The position numbers and the translations under genes were made by a program. A DNA stretch of 39,697 nt from a virus (Duplodnaviria; Caudoviricetes), in the IMG/VR virus record IMGVR_UViG_3300022916_000588, positions 1-39,697 of that record; one strand, written 5' to 3'. The notes beneath the pieces were generated by a model that worked only from the letters and a program-made list of their open reading frames with translations, did no database searches and was not told where the DNA came from. Of this stretch, positions 34,417-39,697 are shown piece after piece (the first letter of the stretch is position 1; the number at the start of each line of letters is the position of its first letter).

Positions 34417-34872
34417 TTAGATTATACGAACCTTTATTCTACCAGCTGGGTCAACTCCAGACGAATCAGACATGTCCACAGCTTCGATAGCTTGTCCCAC
34501 AATCTGATTAGTGTAATTAGCAACGGACTCTGCATCTACGGCATACACCTTTAGATATCCATCACCATTACTTTCTAGATAGTCACCAATTGACGCATTC
34601 TCACCATCAGCAAGCAATGCATAAACAATATCCCCTCTTTGGGGAATCCATACTTGAACTGGATCAGCTACTGCATATGTATCAGTAATTTCTTCGCCTT
34701 GGAGTTCATCCTCAACTGCGAAATATTGAAACATATTTTGACCAGAAGCAGAGTGGGCTTGCACCTTTCCTGCACTTGTCAATTCCAATAACATACCCGG
34801 AGTGATCACACCAATGGCAATAATCTCTTCCTGTACATTCAAATAATTTTTAATTTTAATAGTATTTGACAT
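34417..34872 (-). CDS. Capsid decoration/cement protein
   Basis: ITPGMLLEL...IGDYLESNGDGYLK...VGQAIEA...RIKVRII pattern; AGGAGG RBS; synteny. Confidence 0.75.
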   Translation of the reverse strand: MSNTIKIKNYLNVQEEIIAIGVITPGMLLELTSAGKVQAHSASGQNMFQYFAVEDELQGEEITDTYAVADPVQVWIPQRGDIVYALLADGENASIGDYLESNGDGYLKVYAVDAESVANYTNQIVGQAIEAVDMSDSSGVDPAGRIKVRII

Positions 34873-34912
34873 TTTAAAATCCTCCTTATATATTTAATGT
34901 CGTTAATAAAAA

Positions 34913-36325
34913 TTACGAACCAGTGGGCATCAAAACTTCTTCTGATGGCTCACTTGCTTTCTTTCCTGCAGACAGACCTGAATAATCAGTTTTGGACCCG
35001 GAGGTCTTTGCTAATTTTTCCAACATATCCATCTCCATTGCGGTTAACTCCTCTTCAGTCCAGACACCCTCTCCAGCATTATCCATAATGCCATCAACAA
35101 GTTGTTTCTTTTTCTCAGTATGGAGCGCAAGCCCTGCCTCAACATGAACTTTGATTCCTTCTGGTAAAATGTTTACAAAATCTTCAACTGTGGAAATAGT
35201 TTTTATCAGGACTTCCACTGCCTGATCCTTGGTGATTTCTGCTTCAGAATTCACTTGAGGTGACTCCACAGTTTTAGGCATCAACTTCTCAATTGTTGCT
35301 TCATCCTGAGCCAGTAGCCACTCTCGGTCCTCTTTAGTAAAGTTGGATAGCTCATTTGCTATCAGCTCCTCCACTTTATTTGGACAACAAGGCTTCTTCT
35401 TCTCGGTCATAATGTCCTCTTTTTTATCATTTGTTTTTGAATTAGTTCCAATTGGTACATAGCTAACTTCACGCACAACCTCCACGGCATCCCCTGCTAA
35501 AATTACTTTATTATTTTCAACAGCATAGGAATGTTTAAAGGTTTTGGAAGTGTCAGTGTTTTTGGTCCGTTTCTCATACACCAAATACTCCTTAAAGACT
35601 TCCCGTACATAATAGCTTTCTGTTTCGGTATCCATAGAATTTATGGCCCGCCAAGCAGACTCCAGAATTGCCTCCAAACTCTGCTCATAAACATACACCA
35701 ACTTTAAAGCTGTTATATGCTCTATTTGTTCCTGTTTTTTCATATCTGTTTTTTCATTGTTTCTGATTCCACAACCATCACCCCAACTACAAGCTCCTGT
35801 ACCTCCCGGTAACAAGGCTAAGTGGTCGGGTCGGTGATTTCTAGCAATTGACTGATACTCTTCTCCATTCCAAACTCCTTCGGTCGGGTCGTCCTCCGAA
35901 AACACACCTACACTCACATCCAAAGCTCTTTGTTCATTAAGGTAGATTTCCACATCACTAAAAGCTCTTAATTTATCAACCTCAATCCATGCTTCTGCTT
36001 TAAGCTGGTCACCATCCATATGTGTATTAAAAATAATCCCAATAGCATACTTCCTTAGTACATTAGGACTATTGGCTGAGATATACTTTCCATTATCATC
36101 TTGGGGATGATTAACTGTAACAGGAATCCCATTCCAACTCTCTGGAATTTTACCAAGCTCACTAGCTGTATGTAGCACTGGCCCTCTTGAACCACTATGC
36201 ACACCTTCAACCATCATAACAACAGGCACCACCAGATATTCTTTCTGCTCATGCATCTCTGTTCTTACTGCATATTCCACAGCCTCAGTGGACTGGGTCA
36301 AAAAACTCTTATACTTTCTTTTCAT
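34913..36325 (-). CDS. Prohead protease/scaffold (DUF2213-like)
   Basis: WNGIPVTVNHP, DVSVG, RPDHLALLP...GACS...GCG; acidic helical scaffold-like C-terminus. Confidence 0.82.
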   Translation of the reverse strand: MKRKYKSFLTQSTEAVEYAVRTEMHEQKEYLVVPVVMMVEGVHSGSRGPVLHTASELGKIPESWNGIPVTVNHPQDDNGKYISANSPNVLRKYAIGIIFNTHMDGDQLKAEAWIEVDKLRAFSDVEIYLNEQRALDVSVGVFSEDDPTEGVWNGEEYQSIARNHRPDHLALLPGGTGACSWGDGCGIRNNEKTDMKKQEQIEHITALKLVYVYEQSLEAILESAWRAINSMDTETESYYVREVFKEYLVYEKRTKNTDTSKTFKHSYAVENNKVILAGDAVEVVREVSYVPIGTNSKTNDKKEDIMTEKKKPCCPNKVEELIANELSNFTKEDREWLLAQDEATIEKLMPKTVESPQVNSEAEITKDQAVEVLIKTISTVEDFVNILPEGIKVHVEAGLALHTEKKKQLVDGIMDNAGEGVWTEEELTAMEMDMLEKLAKTSGSKTDYSGLSAGKKASEPSEEVLMPTGS

Positions 36326-36425
36326 TTGTCTTTATTTTTTCAAGTTCTTTAATCTCATCAACCGATAATTTGTTGATACCTTTTACATCTTGTGGTTTGT
36401 ACAAAAATCTGTCAATACGTATCAT
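36309..36425 (-). CDS. Tiny ORF (38 aa) coupled to MuF-ART
   Basis: ATGA overlap with the MuF-ART stop; MIRIDRFLYKPQDVKGINKLSVDEIKELEKIKTNEKKV*. Confidence 0.45.
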   Translation of the reverse strand: MIRIDRFLYKPQDVKGINKLSVDEIKELEKIKTNEKKV

Positions 36426-37978
36426 AATATTTCTAATTCAATTACATAATACATTTCCTCTTGAGTGGCGCCAACTACCTTGAAAGATGTTCCTCTTGGG
36501 AGTAGGATTTCAGCTTCAGTTACTAATTCATCTGGATGTGGTGTGAAATACCTCTTCCCTTTGTTCAAACGTATTTTTAAAACTACATCCAATTGTTGAT
36601 CCATCTGGGCAAAAGACTCAGCTTGGAATTGGGAAAGTGAAGTGGATATGTAACCTTTGTCCGTGTATCCTTCTCCTTTCTTTAAGCTTCTCAAAAATTT
36701 CAAAAAATCATCAGTATCATCATGACTTGCTAATCCCCTGAAAGCATAGCGATCTTGAGCAAATGTATTAGCACCTTTACTTATTGCTGAGTCCATCAAC
36801 TTAATAGCTTCTTGAGCTTCTTTTCCTTCGAATATAGGAACCATGGGTTGATCTAATTGAGTGAGACCTCTCAACATTCTATTCATGTTTTGATCATACC
36901 CTTCTGAAACATAACTATATGATATGTCCTTTTCAGCGGTGGATAATTTCTTAGCTGATTTTGCCCAATTAGCTTCCGCAAATGCTTGGGCTTCTTCATC
37001 CGATTTAAATGACTTTGCATCAAATGATTTTTTTCCACCTACTCTAACAGGAAGACAAATACACCTACAACTAGGATGCTGGGGCACTATTCCTTCAGCC
37101 TGATCTAAAGTAAATCGTTGAAGATGTAAACTCTCACACTGCGCACACACTCTGGAATCCTCAGCTGTTCTAAATTCAGCCTGTACATTAACTCCTTCTG
37201 CACCCCAATTCCTATATTCCTGAATTGTACCCATATGATGGGCACGGATCACTTCTGTTCTAGCCAACATACGGGCTCGCCTTTGGGCTGGAATATACCT
37301 TCCCAGAGTATCTGTCATCCCAAGCCCACTGCTAATAGTAGCATTGATCTTACGGGCTAATAGAGCTGGTCCATCTCCATCAATCATTCCTTGAGCCAAT
37401 ACCCTACTGATTTGTTGGTCCATAGCATCAGTTATTCCTTTTAGCTCATTAAAGGTCCGGGTGTATAACATTCCCACCCTATCTAAATGGAATGGGGTTG
37501 ACATACTAGCTTGGATGCCTCCTGTTTCACTTATTGGTGGAACTTTATATCCAGCATTCTTTAGTTCAGAGCGACCACGCATTACTCCTCTCTTATAACT
37601 GTCAGAAACATACTTGTCTGTCCAAGGGCTGTGTAAAGCTCTTCCACTCTGCTGTATGGTAGTTATCTCTAGCAAACCTTCATTCTGTTGCTGTTTTAAC
37701 CAAGCCATGAAAGCATCCATCTTCTGCCCAGTTGTAGGGAAATCAAAAGCCCTCCTGCCGGGAGCAAAACCCTGCTGAGTGATTAAGTTACTATCTGGAG
37801 AAGAAAGTGCAAATACATCCTGATCCACTATGGCTTCTTTGATAAGCTTCATAAGGTCTTTAAACCTTCTGTTCATATCAGCCACAAATGCATTGCGCAG
37901 TGTTAATGTCCTAGTTGGGTCATAATTCCCAGCCTTGACATAAACATCTACTTCAGTATGTACAGCACATTCACACAT
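36422..37978 (-). CDS. MuF (SPP1 gp7-like) minor head protein with C-terminal ADP-ribosyltransferase domain
   Basis: MuF part: RARMLARTE, DSRVCAQC, PQHPSCRC. ART part: MNRMLRG, AFRG, KGYISTSL, EAEILLPRGTSFKV (R-STS-ExE). Confidence 0.9.
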   Translation of the reverse strand: MCECAVHTEVDVYVKAGNYDPTRTLTLRNAFVADMNRRFKDLMKLIKEAIVDQDVFALSSPDSNLITQQGFAPGRRAFDFPTTGQKMDAFMAWLKQQQNEGLLEITTIQQSGRALHSPWTDKYVSDSYKRGVMRGRSELKNAGYKVPPISETGGIQASMSTPFHLDRVGMLYTRTFNELKGITDAMDQQISRVLAQGMIDGDGPALLARKINATISSGLGMTDTLGRYIPAQRRARMLARTEVIRAHHMGTIQEYRNWGAEGVNVQAEFRTAEDSRVCAQCESLHLQRFTLDQAEGIVPQHPSCRCICLPVRVGGKKSFDAKSFKSDEEAQAFAEANWAKSAKKLSTAEKDISYSYVSEGYDQNMNRMLRGLTQLDQPMVPIFEGKEAQEAIKLMDSAISKGANTFAQDRYAFRGLASHDDTDDFLKFLRSLKKGEGYTDKGYISTSLSQFQAESFAQMDQQLDVVLKIRLNKGKRYFTPHPDELVTEAEILLPRGTSFKVVGATQEEMYYVIELEIL

Positions 37979-39367
37979 TTATTCTTTTTCAATTGTTTCT
38001 TCCTCAATAATTGCTTCATCATCCTCAAATGTATCCTCTTCCTCTAATTTTATTTGATCACCCATCATGGTTTTAACAAGCTCTATTTGGTTACCATCTA
38101 ATCCTAAAAGAAATTCAAAGAAAGCATCTGGCCCCATTATATATTGAGCTAATGGTTCAGCAGCATAAGCTCTTAATGCCTCTGCTCTAGTTTTACCAAT
38201 TTCAGCTTTATCTTTATCACCAAGACTGAATAAATCCTCCCACTGTATATAATAATCTTCCACCTTTGGCAGAATCTTATATTTGATACAGATGTCTATA
38301 AAAGGAATCAGGATTTTTGGCTCAGCAAACTCCTCACGCCTTGCCGATATAAAAGCGGCCCACTGATTCTTATCCTCTCCACTAGACAACTCACCCCTCT
38401 CAGAACCTGTTAAAATCCGTTTAGGAATACCCGTAACCGAACTAATCATTTGTATCTGTATATCTACATGGTTAGCTGGGTCAGCCACCTGAGACTCCAA
38501 TGCCTGCATGTTAACTCCTTCCAGCATTAAAATCCTTCTAAGGTTATGCTCATATTCATCTAACTGATCAATCAATCCTTCTTTAACAGCATCTGTCATA
38601 GTAAACTCTGGGTCAACCTTTCCTTGGTAACCGGGGCGTGCTCCTCTCCAAAACATTTCAGCACTTCCTCCAACCATCTTTTCCAAATCCAGAAGCCTAT
38701 TAAAAACTGACTCCAATCTTGGTGTTCCTTCCACTTCTGAATCAATAGCATCTTCCACCACATGTATAACCCTACTGTAATGAACTCTTAAAGTAGAACT
38801 TGACTCACCATCAGGAGTGGTAGTTGTTAAATCATAAAGTACAGGCAACCCATATCTGGGATTGTCTGTTTTAGTTTCATATTCGGATATAACAGCATTG
38901 GATTCAGAAAGAGCTTTAACATATAAAAGCTTCCTTGCACCTGTGCCAACTGGGTTTGTCCAATCCATTGATTCTTTGACATCATCAAAACCTAATAACA
39001 AAACAGCATAGTGCCCAATACCAGTTAACTTATCCAATTGGATAAACCTAGTTTTTAATTGTAAATTTTTCATCAACTCCTCCCAAGCTCTTTCAAACTG
39101 GGAAGTTTCTTTGTCATTAGCTTCCAAAGCCAACACATCACCCTGCCATGTTTTCTTAACAGGTCTGTCTATGATAGCTTTGGCAATATCTTGACGGACA
39201 TATTGTGCCCAATAATCATCAAAGTCCAATTCAGTAGGATAACCAAGTGCTTGATAAAGGTCTCGGTCTGTTCCATAGCTCTGGCCCAACTTAGCTTGTA
39301 ACCTAGCACGGTTAACTAAGGTGCTAAGAACTTCTATTTGCTTGGCAGGTCTTTTATTCCTTTTCAT
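37979..39367 (-). CDS. Portal protein (DUF1073-like)
   Basis: IAKAIIDRP, NPRYGLP..Y, VHYSRVIH, TGIPKRILTG motifs; position upstream of MuF. Confidence 0.87.
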   Translation of the reverse strand: MKRNKRPAKQIEVLSTLVNRARLQAKLGQSYGTDRDLYQALGYPTELDFDDYWAQYVRQDIAKAIIDRPVKKTWQGDVLALEANDKETSQFERAWEELMKNLQLKTRFIQLDKLTGIGHYAVLLLGFDDVKESMDWTNPVGTGARKLLYVKALSESNAVISEYETKTDNPRYGLPVLYDLTTTTPDGESSSTLRVHYSRVIHVVEDAIDSEVEGTPRLESVFNRLLDLEKMVGGSAEMFWRGARPGYQGKVDPEFTMTDAVKEGLIDQLDEYEHNLRRILMLEGVNMQALESQVADPANHVDIQIQMISSVTGIPKRILTGSERGELSSGEDKNQWAAFISARREEFAEPKILIPFIDICIKYKILPKVEDYYIQWEDLFSLGDKDKAEIGKTRAEALRAYAAEPLAQYIMGPDAFFEFLLGLDGNQIELVKTMMGDQIKLEEEDTFEDDEAIIEEETIEKE

Positions 39368-39443
39368 AATCTTTTATCCAATTTACAATATATCCAAATC
39401 AAAATATTAGGAGCTATGATTTGTCCATAGCTCCTTTCCTTTC

Positions 39444-39695
39444 CTACTTCTTGTTTTCCAGAGCATCAATGACCTTTAAAATCTGCCCTTTTAACAATAA
39501 AGGCATATTGGTATCATCAGCCCCAAAATACTCCTTAAATGCTTCCAACTCTTTGACTGTTAAATCAATTGGTTCATTCTTATAAAGAGTCATAAAAAGT
39601 TCCATTGATCTTAGAGGAGGAAAACCAGCCACTTTCTTTTCTCCTGATAACAGGTTGGCCATTCTCTGTCCCAAAGACAAATCATCAACTCCTTC
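39444..39695 (-). CDS. Hypothetical protein, 5'-truncated by window edge
   Basis: Frame is open to the edge (EGVDDLSLGQRMANLL...ALENKK*). Confidence 0.55.
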   Translation of the reverse strand, partial: EGVDDLSLGQRMANLLSGEKKVAGFPPLRSMELFMTLYKNEPIDLTVKELEAFKEYFGADDTNMPLLLKGQILKVIDALENKK

Positions 39696-39697
39696 AT

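Noticed and set aside
39414-39445. Strong purine-rich RBS-like stretch before an ATG upstream of the portal gene
   Set aside because: The ATG opens only a 4-codon ORF (MDKS*); no supportable feature
1-39697. CRISPR arrays, tRNAs, integrase/att sites, introns/inteins, diversity-generating retroelement
   Set aside because: No repeat-spacer pattern, cloverleaf, recombinase, reverse transcriptase or intein motifs seen; intergenic space is minimal

Overview
This 39.7-kb window is a gene-dense, AT-rich segment of a tailed dsDNA phage, most likely a siphovirus. No integrase, tRNA or CRISPR array is visible, and the terminase and helicase/primase lie outside the window. Two convergent arms meet at about 20.5 kb. 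The + strand arm (1-20576) starts with a biosynthetic-looking enzyme cluster: a truncated probable radical SAM, an FAD oxidoreductase, an aldo/keto reductase, an SPL-like radical SAM, a DUF2156-type transferase and an acyl carrier protein. It continues into replication/recombination genes: beta clamp, a UDG-fused family A DNA polymerase, a DnaX-like clamp loader, UvsY-like, gp32-like SSB, RecA, RuvC, and an SbcC split around SbcD. The - strand arm (39697-20481) is morphogenesis and lysis: portal, MuF fused to an ADP-ribosyltransferase, protease/scaffold, decoration, major capsid, a glycosyltransferase + sulfotransferase cassette, head-tail joining genes, tail tube, G/GT chaperones with a -1 frameshift, tape measure, one tail-tip protein, amidase, holin and spanin-like genes. 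The most unusual items are (1) a second tail-tube-like protein carrying a consensus Tat export signal, inside a small envelope-protein cassette in the early arm; (2) the radical SAM/FAD/AKR/DUF2156/ACP cluster beside a UDG-PolA, a candidate new DNA-hypermodification or small-molecule pathway; (3) a candidate virion glycosylation/sulfation cassette; and (4) a MuF-ART effector with a tiny coupled downstream ORF. All family assignments come from motif recognition by eye; no database searches were run.
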